A stretch of DNA of 64,000 bases from Chrysomallon squamiferum (Eukaryota; Animalia; Mollusca), in contig CM022665.1 in the NCBI GenBank assembly GCA_012295275.1, positions 45,322,001 through 45,386,000 on the forward strand. The letters run 5' to 3'. How positions within the stretch are numbered: the stretch's first letter is position 1; every line of letters starts with the position of its first letter. Under the pieces are notes generated by a model. The model was not told where the DNA came from. It saw only the letters and a program-made list of their open reading frames with translations, and made no database searches. This document shows, piece after piece, positions 29,297 to 40,618 of the stretch. The translations under genes were made by a program, and so were the position numbers.

Positions 29297-29891
29297 TGTA
29301 TGTATGTATGTATGTATGTATGTATGTATGTATGTATGTATGTATCTATCTATCTGTCCATCTGTTTATACATATATAAATCATGACAGAGATCTTTAGT
29401 AATTTCCCCGCCCCTAATCTGCCTTTATTATCTATTTCTAAAGCGACATCACTCATTAAACAGAAATAACAAACGTACCTTCAACAACATAGTTTTTTCA
29501 GTGGAAATTTCTAAAGCAACATCACTGATTAAACAGAAATAACAAACGTACCTTCAACAACATACAGTTTTTTCAGTGGAAATTTCTAAAGCAACATCAC
29601 TGATTAAACAGAAATAACAAACGTACCTTCAACAACATACAGTTTTTTCAGTGGAAATTTTATGCTTTCTGCCAGTTTTTCAATCTCCTTTCTGAGGTTA
29701 CCGTCTGGCAGTGGAGTAAATTTGTCAAACAGTGGCGCAATGTAGTCAGCATAGATTGTAATAAGAAGCTGAAACAAATCAAACCAAACATTCAGATGAA
29801 TGAAAAAAGAAAAGAAAAAAGGTGTATGTGTATATATATATATATATATATGTATATGTATGTATACGTACGTACGTAGGTATGTGTGTGC

Positions 29892-29957
<66 letters not shown>

Positions 29958-30690
29958 GAACACAACCCCACATTCATACACATACATGTTTGTGACTATT
30001 TCACAAAATTACCGCTGAGTAATACACAAATAATAAATTTTTAAAATATCTATTATAAACTTTATTTTTACATCAATTTTAGATTCTAAGAATATCAAAC
30101 AGTAATAACACATTATATATATCACAGTGTTTTCTAAATTAAGAAAATTAAAAACAAGAACGAGTCTGTATAGGATGTTTGACTCACCAGTGACATGACG
30201 AGGGTGAAAAGCCACGCATACACAAAGAAATAGTCGCCCCCCATCTTGATGATGTAGATAAGAGAAGCTATGATAGGCATAGCAATAAGCTGCATGACAA
30301 AAAATTTCTTTATCTGGTCCTTGAAGAAGAAACCTAATGTCTGAAACACAAAGTAGAAAATAAATAAATAAATAAAAAAAAAAAACACATAATAAAATAA
30401 AATAAAATAACACATTAAAAAGAATGAATAAATAACGATTTTTTTTCTACTCCTGGTTTTTGTAACAAAAATGGTAAATGATAAATATAATTTTTTACAT
30501 AATAATCAGCGATTCCTACCAAAATTTTAAAAGACTTGCTAAGCTTCATTTTTATATATAAAAGAAAATCTGTAACTTTAAATATCTATTTTTAGAAGGT
30601 CTACACAGAAATATATTTATTAAAAATATACAAATACAGAAAAAAGGAAACAAAATCCCCTCCATATATTAATATTATTATTGTTATTAC

Positions 30691-30764
<74 letters not shown>

Positions 30765-33700
30765 TTGAATTCCAGAGAAAGCTCACACAACCTGCTTGTT
30801 AAATCCATGTCTTTCTTCTATGACAAAAATACTATAGAGAGTCCATGGAAGAGACAGAATTGTAGAAAACACCATGGCAATCACAGTGAACACCAGCGAC
30901 TGCAAAATCTGAAAAAAACAAAAAACAAAAAACCCCAGAATTAGTTAATATCATTTATATATTGTTGTCAAGAAAAGATAAAAAAATATAGACTACAATA
31001 TGAAAATTCTTTAATTTTTATTTTTACAGCATAATAAATAAATAAATTTAATAATAAATTTAATTAAATACTAGATCTAGGTTATATTCATTAATTTTCT
31101 GTTATTAAATAATTAAAAAAAAAGAGGCCTAAATAACAATCTGAAGACTTCCATTAATTTTCTGTTATTAAATAAAACAAACAAAAAAAGGCCTAAATAA
31201 GCTTAGATACCATTCTGAAGACTTCCATGAAATAACAAAAGATGACTGTGGAATTTGGCATTCATTTTTTATTTGCACATGTTTCCCTTCACCACCCAGC
31301 AAACTATATTATGCATGGATACTGCTATGAAGTGATGTCATCAGCCCCTAGCAAACTATATTATGCATGGATACAGGCATGAAGTGATGTCATCAGCCCC
31401 TAGCAAACTATATTATGCATGGATACAGGCATGAAGTGATGTCATCAGCCCCTAGCAAACTATATTATGCATGGATACAGGCATGAAGTGATGTCATCAG
31501 CCTCTAGCAAACTATATTATTCATGGACCTAGGCACATGAAGTGCATGCAATATGATTGATTTTGTAACCTACTGCTGCAAGGGCACACATTTCTTAAAT
31601 GAGCTGTACATTACTTCAAAGACTGTGCTAAAGAGCTGAAGTGAAATGTTTTAAATCAAATAATACAAAATAAGTAAATATTTATTTGATAGTACTCAGC
31701 ACAGTTTAATATTAATGATTATCAGGTGTCAAGCATGAGTCATTTGCTTTCAGGTTTATGCAGCTTTTCACAGATTTCTTTCTGCACCTATATACCATAA
31801 ATAAGCTGTTCAGTTATGGCTGTGATGGAAATATTGTGTAATAGGTGGGTAGCAAGGCAGATGTATGACGTACAAAATTAATGTGATTTGATTTATAAAA
31901 CAATCCAATGGGTGCATCGAGATAGACATATCAAAATATATAAAATAATGACACAACTGTTTTCACTTACTTCATATTCAGTGCCATATCCAAATCTCAT
32001 CATAACACGCCCAGACAAAGTCCAGAGATAAGGCAGACCGCCAAATACTAAAATTAACTGGAAACAAAAAATTAATGATAATGCAAAGATATATATATAT
32101 ATATATATATGGTTAAATGTAGTTGATGAAATTACTTGCAGATTTTCCACTAATAATTTCTATGTTTATTCATAAAAAATAAAAAAATATATATATCACT
32201 ATGGTTAAATGTAGTTGATGAAATTACTTATAGATTTTCCCCCAATAATTTCTATGTTTATTCATAAAAAATAATAAAAAATAAAATAAAAAATTAGGAA
32301 GAAAGAACAAAACTGTTTTACATACATGTGTAAGATATAAAATTAATATGCTATTCCTATATATATATAAAACCAACCAAAACAATACAGTTACAAGCGA
32401 CATTTCAAAAAACTTGAATCAACATTTACATAATAAACTTCTTGCATCTTTAATTTATATAATTTTAAAATAATTGCATTAATAAACTAAATTTTAAATT
32501 TCTATTTGTCCTATTTGTATAAACATTTCACTGTGCACAGGATTTCTAATTTAACTAGCTATTATTATTATTATTATTATTATTATGCATCACCAGATTA
32601 AATATTTCTGAACTTGCCGTATCATTATTGCTACCTATTGTGTTCTATGACTAAATATTTCTGGGGTTTTGTCTGAATCGTTTTTAATGTCTGTAAAACA
32701 GTGCTTACTGTGGATTCCACATGGGAATACAGATCAGACCAGAATCCAAAATTGCTTTTATCCAGCTGATACAGCCTTGCCTTCTCAAATGTTTCTTTGT
32801 CCAGTACATCTTTCAACACATCAGGCACTGTGGTTGATGACTTGTACACATTTCTCTGTTTAAAAAGAAATTTATTTTGATTTATATTCTGTCCAAAAAT
32901 TAATTAATAAAAATAAAATAAAAATAAAATAAAATAAATATATGTATTTTTTTAAAGATAAAATAAATAAATAAAAAATAAATATATATTAAAATTAAAA
33001 ATATATAAATTAAAAATTAAAATAAATACATATAATAATAATAATAATAAGTAATAAATTCCAATTAGAATTTGGAATTTCTATTTATTAACCATTATGA
33101 TTAAAATGTTTCTAACATTATCATATACTAAGTGGCAAAACATATAAAAATATAAGCTTGTATCGTGTCATACTTTATGGTTAGAAAAGAATTACATCCA
33201 TTATCAAAGAAATCATTTGAACTTAATTATAAATGATGACTGTTTATGGTTTTTTATATTATTTAAAACACTGTAAATTAAATAGGTACACTTTAATAAG
33301 TTTTATTTACACCATTGATGGTCTTGATTTTCAGTGATATAAAATCAAAATTGTCTTGGGTGTTAACACATTTCATACATGATAGCTTCACACTGTTAGA
33401 GTAACAGCTTGCATTTTTTCTACTGATTGCTTACTGGAATCATGGACCAAATAAATGCACACTCGTAATAAGCCTGAATGCATTTGTTTTGTTTTATTTA
33501 CAGATTCCCTTTTTGTGTTATGTTTCTGAATGCATTACTGATTTCAATAGAAACTGCTCAATAGAAATTAATTTTTAATGATGTTTAATAGAGTAACTAA
33601 AATAATCAGCTAAAACTGTCTTTTATGTAGCAATAAAGTGTTTAACCCTTTTCATGTCATTGTGTAAGATATCTCAACATACTCGTAAACTGTGAAAAAT

Positions 33701-33956
33701 CTTGACATTATGCATTAGCTTAAGTTAAGTCCTAATATTTCTTAACTTGCTAAATGGAACTGTGCAAAAAATAACCTACTTTATTATATTTTCTGCATGT
33801 TTTATACATAGCAAGGGTAAAAATAGGTAAATATCTCAAAAATACCTTTTGAAGTATTTTGTGACAAAAAGGGTTGACGAAACTACAACATATCTTATTA
33901 ATGGTTATACGATGTCAAACATTTGAATTCATCTCTATAATATCAGAGATGAAACT

Positions 33957-34012
<56 letters not shown>

Positions 34013-35002
34013 TACAATTGCTACAGGTATTATTTTTCATTTTACATGTACATCCCATGGATTGGGAAAAACGCATAAGCACACTCTTTTATAATCCAGT
34101 CACAGACTGTGTTTGAAACAAGAGGTGCACACATGTGAATGACTGAATGTAAAATATATATACACAGGCTTTATGAATATTTATAATATCAACATGTTAT
34201 TGTATACTGAAGGAAGTTTACGTAACTACACTAAAACTATGAATAATGAAATCTTTGGACTTTTGGTATTGGATCACTGTGCATATATAAACACAGAAAT
34301 GATTCCAAACAGGCCACCACCAACAAATTGTGGTCAATTTGATAAAATTAGTATTTTGTTTAATAAGATAAACAACCTGTTAACAAAAGGTCTGCATAAA
34401 TTTATATTATACACATTGTATGGAATTGCTATTACTTGAAATGAAAAAAAAAAAAAAAAAAAACAGAGGTAAAAATTTATCATTTATATAAATCAGGACT
34501 AGTAGTACAAGGGGTATATGCTAACAGCTCTGCATTATCTTCTTTTTTGTGAAACTGTCATCTCTTTTGATGACATGTTGAGAGAACTGCATACTGCATG
34601 CTGCATGCTATGTCAATAACTGACATCATTAATAACATTATTGAAATTTAACGAATTAGTTAAATGTACTGTATCTAGACTGATATGTGGTTAAAATTGT
34701 AATAGTGAGCACCACAGCATATGCTGCAGGCCATCAATATGTCCACTTTTTATCACTGAAAATGTATTAATCACGTTGATGACTGACATTCAGATGTTTC
34801 ACATTATGATTATTCGGAGATTCACAGCCGCGCCATTAGAAACAGAATCAAATTATGCATACGATAAAATTTAATCAATATAAATAACAGATCCTGTATA
34901 TCGTAATTTTACCTGTCGCCAAGAGAGATATGTCTCCCATATATACATCACCCACATAAAACCCAGCACAGCTCGGAATATATAAACATCGTCGATTTCC
35001 AT
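26250..35002 (-). CDS. ZMPSTE24: CAAX prenyl protease 1 / STE24 zinc metalloprotease, 10 exons, ~507 aa if a 2-nt frameshift in exon 7 is corrected
   Basis: Exons 35002-34913, 32855-32709, 32057-31971, 30908-30792, 30340-30188, 29768-29627, 28947-28666, 28138-27995, 27141-27001, 26468-26250. Motifs [47 protein letters not shown] (HExxH), [15 protein letters not shown]. Confidence 0.92.
28715..28850 (-). repeat. Coding 30-bp minisatellite ([10 protein letters not shown])n in ZMPSTE24 exon 7
   Basis: Plus-strand unit CATTTTCTTTTTCTCTTCCTCGGCGGCGGC at 28741, 28771 (28 nt only) and 28799, with degenerate flanking units. Confidence 0.9.
29432..29660. repeat. 75/73-bp tandem triplication spanning the ZMPSTE24 exon 6 donor
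   Basis: Three copies of ...AAACAGAAATAACAAACGTACCTTCAACAACAT...CAGTGGAAATTT. Confidence 0.9.
31298..31545. repeat. 52-bp minisatellite, ~4.7 copies, ZMPSTE24 intron 3
   Basis: GCAAACTATATTATGCATGGATACAGGCATGAAGTGATGTCATCAGCCCCTA recurring at 31299, 31351, 31403, 31455, 31507. Confidence 0.9.
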
Positions 35003-35160
35003 TGTTTCTTGCTACAGCTACAAAGTAACAAACGTGCGGTTATTTGTATCGTTGATGTGAGTAGTCTCCCCTGACAGAAACAGGAAGTTGAGGTCTGCTA
35101 AAGTAGATCCCCCGATGGTTTGTAGTTGACAAACAGAAGGTCGGAAAATATAACGTTGGT
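35003..35160. promoter_or_regulatory. ZMPSTE24 proximal promoter region, possibly shared with the divergent ankyrin/SOCS gene
   Basis: CpG-retaining stretch upstream of the ATG with an ETS-type CAGGAAGT at ~35081. Confidence 0.4.
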
Positions 35161-36834
35161 TAGATTAAATAATATATTTAAGAAAGAAAGAAACCTGTTA
35201 AATTAATAGTTTCTGTAATATAGGATAATTTTGCAGTTTATATCTATGACCTAGTTTTACTATTTAACCGGCATAAGTTGTCCTTATAATATTATACCAC
35301 AAAATGTATGAAGTAAAATGAACAGGGACTAAAGAAAATCATGTGTTTATTTACATGGGTGCGCATTTATCGAGTAGTTAGGAGCTCGTTGATTTTAAAG
35401 GAAATAAAGGAAATAAAATAAAAATAATTTACAATAATAATACAAAAAGTTATTGGTAAACATCCTGTTTTTTTTTACATATATACTTGTTAATCGTGAT
35501 CACACTTATGATTTTTATATTACAGTCGTGATATTTTAAAATTTAAATATATACATAGATTTAAATATGGACATGCTTAGATGTAAACTTATATATAGCA
35601 TTTAAAAGCATCAATATATTTTAAATATGATGTCGACGGAGTTCATTTCCTGAAATACATAAACATGTCGAGACATGTTAAAAATTAAATACCAAGATGG
35701 CGTTTGTTACTTTTTTTTATCGACTGTGCACGCTTATGTGAAAATAACTAGACCATTATAAGCACTTTTCAGAATTAAAGCTCTGTAGCGTTGATACAGT
35801 TTGAGAACGTTAACGATAAAAGCATACCAGGAGGTAATGTTTTTTGAAACTTTTTGAAAAACTTCCTTGGTTGAGGCGATTGTGCTAAAAATACAGGAAC
35901 TATCGCTGCTTTTAAATGCTACATACATTTGTTTGTGTGTATGTGTGTGTTTATTTTCATATTAGTTTGAATGGTAGTGATATTTAAGCCTTCAGTCTTA
36001 CTAGTTAAATAATGGGATTCAATTTTAAAAAGGAATTCTCCCTGTAATGAGGTGCGACCTATGTACCTCTTGATCGATATAGCTAATCCTTCGTACGTGA
36101 CTGTGATGCTCTCCAATACGAAACACAGACATCAGGTTTATGTGCTCAAGACGATGAAAATATTCTTGAACCTTCGGTGAATGTAAACACGTTTCATATT
36201 TTCTGGTTAATTGTTTCGGTATCGGCTTAAGTTCACCTTGCCTTTTGCATTGTACTTTTAGTCATTTACGTGTAGGTATAAATATAGACGCCCGTACTTA
36301 AGTGTTTGCTGTTGTTTATATTTATTCTTTCACTCTACTCCTTTACGCCATAACAACGATATGAAAATGTCTGCAGACGGACACCATAAACTAATATATA
36401 AATAATTAAATAACTAATAAAATAAAAATAAAATCATCAGAAGAAAAAACAAACAACCTCTCAAAATGGTTTTATCTTGCTACAACCGTCATTACGGGTT
36501 TGCTTTTGAATATGGTTTGTATTAAAAAGAAAAAAAAAGAAAAAAACAAAGCAAAGAAACAAACAAAACCACCACAACAACAACAAAACCCACAAAGCAG
36601 TCAGTGTGCTTGTTTTGATTCAGATTTATTTATTTATTACATTTTCGTTGACGTCGTAGTTGTTGTTTTATTGATTATTGTTTTTAATGTTTTGTTTTAT
36701 TTATTTATTTATTTATTACATTTTCGTTGACGTCGTAGTTCTGTGTTTTATTAATTATTGTTTTTAATGTTTTGCTTTCTTTTCTTTTATTTATTATTAT
36801 TGGACTTTTATTCCCTTCAGATTACCCGTGTCCA

Positions 36835-38553
36835 ATGGAGGAGGACTGTCCAAAGTTAATCTCAGACATTCTAACTTCAATCAGACAACAGGACGACAGC
36901 TCGGACTTACAGAGACGCTTGGAGCAATGCAAGGCCGAGACGGTGATGTCGTGGCACGACGCCGACGGCTTGGACCTACTGCATCACGCCATCCTCGCGC
37001 GCAACGTCATAGCGATTGGAGCTCTGTTCTCACGAGGCCTGTTCAAACCTCCGCACGAGCCGACCAGTTTTCCGTACATTCATCTCGCCTGCCAGACAGG
37101 TCAGAAATCTATCGTGGTGATGCTGCTGCAGGAACGCCCGTTCGACGACAGACCCGCGGAATTCGAGTACGGACAGCAACAGTCGACCAGCGACTTCAGC
37201 TTCGATCCCGACGACGCTCAACAGAAACTGAGAACGCCGTTGGATGTCGCTGCAGACTCTGGACACATCGAGTGCGTCAAGACGATTTTAGACTTTCAGC
37301 ACGCGAGAGAGTTTTCGCAGACGTCACTGTTAGGATTCAGAGACAGGCATTCAAAGTTCTCCGTCCAGGAGTCGTATATCGACATGGCCTGTAAAATGAA
37401 CTCTCCCAAAGCTCTGCGACTGCTTCTAACGGAGCATCCAGCAAAAAAAGACTTAGAGCGTTCGGTGAGTTACGTACTCAAAAACGGAAAACCAGAATGT
37501 CTGGACGTGCTTTTGAGATGCAACATCGACCGAAAGTCAGTATTCGGAGGTATGAATTTCTTTCACGTGTTGTATACCTACGGTATCTTATTTGACCCTA
37601 GCAGGTATGAATGTCTGACACTGATGACGTCAGTGCTTTTACGTCACGGCCACAAGCCGCTGGCTTTCCGGCCTTCGAGGACGTACCCTTTGTACAGCCT
37701 CCTCAGTCATGCTTACGCAAATGAAGACTATCTGAAAGAATCGGCGCCGTATTTGATATCCTGCATCCTTCTGCTTCTGCACGCCGGAGCAGATCCGAAC
37801 TTCGACGAGCTGAAGGTGGAGGAGATTGCTTGCGACAGCGAATACGAAACGGCTTTCGGTCGGGAAGCTTTTTCCTCCGCGTTGCACTGTCTGTACAACA
37901 CGGTTGCCGAAAACGCAATAGGAGTCTTCCAGGAGTCGTCAGAGGCGGTCAGCCTGGTTTCGGAATACGTCTTCAAGTGCACCGAGGTACTGCTGCGTCA
38001 CCGTGCCGACCCGAACTACGTCGGCCGACTGAACAACACGAAGTACGGAAACAGCCTTCACGCCCTGGGACTCGCCAGTCGACACCTCAGCCGCGTGAAG
38101 CCCACGACGAGGCTCCTGTTACGTCACGGGGCCGATCCCAATCTTCAGGTCTCCGCCACGTTTCCCCTGAACTCGTTCTGTGACGCGTTCATTACAGACA
38201 CCGACAGCACCGAAACGTCGTCGTCGTCGTCGTCGTCGCTGTTGACGCAGTTCGTCGTCAGCGACAACGTGAAGGCGTCAGACGCTAACTGTCTGGTGGC
38301 GAACATGACCCGAGGCGCGCTCAAAGCGGCCGGTGCTCGACTTCGGGAGGTTGGGAACGTGGGCATGAGCAAAAGGAGCAGACGCCTGCTGGAGAATGTC
38401 CTGTCCCAGGTCGAGGCTAACCTGAACGGCGTCTGGAGTCTGAAGAAGATTTGCCAGTTTTACGTGTGGACTTTGTGTCAGAGAGACTACAGATCCGTGC
38501 AAAAGCTTCCATTACCTAAATCAGTGATGAGTGAAATTTGTATCTTGTTTTAA
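36835..38553 (+). CDS. Ankyrin-repeat and SOCS-box protein (ASB-like E3 substrate adaptor), single large coding exon, ~572 aa
   Basis: Acceptor TTCCCTTCAG ends at 36820; first ATG 36835. Ankyrin repeats (DLLHHAI, YIHLACQTGQKSIVVMLL, TPLDVAADSGHIECVKTIL, LLLHAGADPN, LLRHGADPN) and C-terminal SOCS box SLKKIC...VQKLPLPKSVMSEI. An upstream coding exon cannot be excluded. Confidence 0.85.
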   Translation: MEEDCPKLISDILTSIRQQDDSSDLQRRLEQCKAETVMSWHDADGLDLLHHAILARNVIAIGALFSRGLFKPPHEPTSFPYIHLACQTGQKSIVVMLLQERPFDDRPAEFEYGQQQSTSDFSFDPDDAQQKLRTPLDVAADSGHIECVKTILDFQHAREFSQTSLLGFRDRHSKFSVQESYIDMACKMNSPKALRLLLTEHPAKKDLERSVSYVLKNGKPECLDVLLRCNIDRKSVFGGMNFFHVLYTYGILFDPSRYECLTLMTSVLLRHGHKPLAFRPSRTYPLYSLLSHAYANEDYLKESAPYLISCILLLLHAGADPNFDELKVEEIACDSEYETAFGREAFSSALHCLYNTVAENAIGVFQESSEAVSLVSEYVFKCTEVLLRHRADPNYVGRLNNTKYGNSLHALGLASRHLSRVKPTTRLLLRHGADPNLQVSATFPLNSFCDAFITDTDSTETSSSSSSSLLTQFVVSDNVKASDANCLVANMTRGALKAAGARLREVGNVGMSKRSRRLLENVLSQVEANLNGVWSLKKICQFYVWTLCQRDYRSVQKLPLPKSVMSEICILF

Positions 38554-39321
38554 AACTGTCTGTTCGTTTATTGTATGCGTGTGTGTGTGTATATATATAT
38601 ATGGAAATTTTATTTATTTGAAGGGTGGGGAGAAGTTATAATAAATATTAATAAAAATACTACTAAATAAATAAATGAATTTAAAAAATTATTTATTATT
38701 TTATTTTATTTTATTTTATTTTATTTTATTTTATTTTATTTTATTTTATATTATTTTATTTTATTTTATTTTGATTTATTTATTTATGTATTTTTATTTT
38801 TTATTTATTTATTTTTTTTAGTGTGTTTTTTCTTTCAATGAATTGTTGGTGTTTTTTTGTTTTTTTTTAATTTTTTTTGGATTATTTCATTTCATTTTGT
38901 TTTTATATAACAACTCTATATACCAAAGCCTTACATTTATCAGCTGTCATATAATCGATCTGAAACCTGCCTCGGTTTGTCTCTCACCGGTTTCTGACAC
39001 AAACAATATAATTATGTTAATTTACATATTTGCATTAAATATAGAAAAAAAAAAAAAAATAAATAAAAAATTCTCTTACGTGTCATTTAATTTGATATAA
39101 CGTTTAGACTGAATTTCTGCGTTAATTTATTTTTTTTTTTTAATATATTAATATACATTTTTATTCTTTTTTATTTTTTTATTATTATTATTTTAATATG
39201 AATTGTATTCATAATCACAAAAAATTCTTGAAAATAATAACATCGTGTAAATGCATACTTACATGCATATACATACAAGTTCTGTGTTATACAAAAAGTC
39301 TGGCTAGACTAGTAATTCATA

Positions 39322-39647
39322 CAGGTACCGGACCAATTAACCGGACTCCTTGGGGCCTGAGGACATTCCGGATTTCTGGATTTTGCGGTTTTTCTGATAC
39401 CAAGGCATCTAAACACGTAAACAATTAGGTATAAACATTTTAAAATTAAAAACATAAAGAAAACTGACGATACACAACTGTGGCGATTCGACACGTAAAC
39501 AATACGGCGAGTGAATGAACGCCACGCGGCTTGAAAGAGTAGTTCCGGTCTGGTGAGGACAACATCCGCGCGCGAACTATGAAAATAGCGTCAGGAAAAA
39601 AATTTCTGGTTTTCTGGTCTTTCCGGATTTCAGGACGCTGGTACCTG
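39322..39647. mobile_element. MITE with Tc1/mariner/pogo-type ends, 326 bp
   Basis: TA-CAGGTACC at 39320-39329 and GGTACCTG-TA at 39640-39649 (short TIR plus TA target duplication); internal repeated TTCCGGATTT/TTCTGG motifs near both ends; GC-rich relative to flanks. Confidence 0.6.
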
Positions 39648-39835
39648 TATTTGAGTTGTGTCATTATTATGTATTCTCTGTCTTAGAGTTCTTTGAATTA
39701 TTATTATTATTATTATTTATTATTATTATTATTATTTTTATTATTATTATTATTATTATTATTCTTATTCTATTCATCGTTATTTATCATCGTCTGTCAT
39801 TATTATTTTGTGTTCCCTGTCTTAGCGTTCTTCGA

Positions 39836-39873
<38 letters not shown>

Positions 39874-40469
39874 TGTTATACTATTATTGTTATTATTCTT
39901 TCAGCATATAATTCTGTTCAGAAGTAGCGTTATTTATATTAACGAAAAACGACACACGAGGGATACGGCAAACTCGGATAGTTTTATGAATACGCAAGTA
40001 TTATTTTATACAAATCAAACCTGTCGTTGAATTTGGACACACTAAATTATTTACAGATCTGATAGCCGTGAACGTGTTAGGATCGACAGTCAGTGTGTTT
40101 CATCAACAAAGTGATTTCTTTTCCGCTTGGTTCGTTTACTCAAACTGCAGCAGCTGAACATGGTCGTGCACAGCAGAGAAGTGACGAGTATGTGGTGATT
40201 ATTGTACGTTATGACGAAATGAACGCGTTTTATAATATTGCTTGGTGTTAAAGAGATACAATATTGCATCATTGGTTATAATGTGCGTTCAGTTTTCTGC
40301 AGTTTCTGGAAAAAGTAAAAAAAAAAAAAAAATAGGATAAGTGAAAAACGAAGTTGATCAGTAAAAATTCAAATAATGCTGTGTTAAAAAAATTGATGAA
40401 CTTGTAAAATATCTCTGGTGATTTACGATTTTTCTGGGAAGATTCGAAAATAAAGGAAGACAGAAGGAA

Positions 40470-40585
<116 letters not shown>

Positions 40586-40618
40586 ACTTATTAACGTCGC
40601 TTCACCAGAACCAGCATT

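Noticed and set aside
29065-30090. ~50-bp direct repeat flanking ZMPSTE24 exon 6 (near 29065 and 30035)
   Set aside because: Short AT-rich local duplication like several others here (8500/8605, 32110/32200, 36625/36705); no element structure.
36772-36834. Hydrophobic signal-peptide-like N-terminus of the 593-aa ORF
   Set aside because: It starts at TTG and is the T-rich polypyrimidine tract before the acceptor at 36820.
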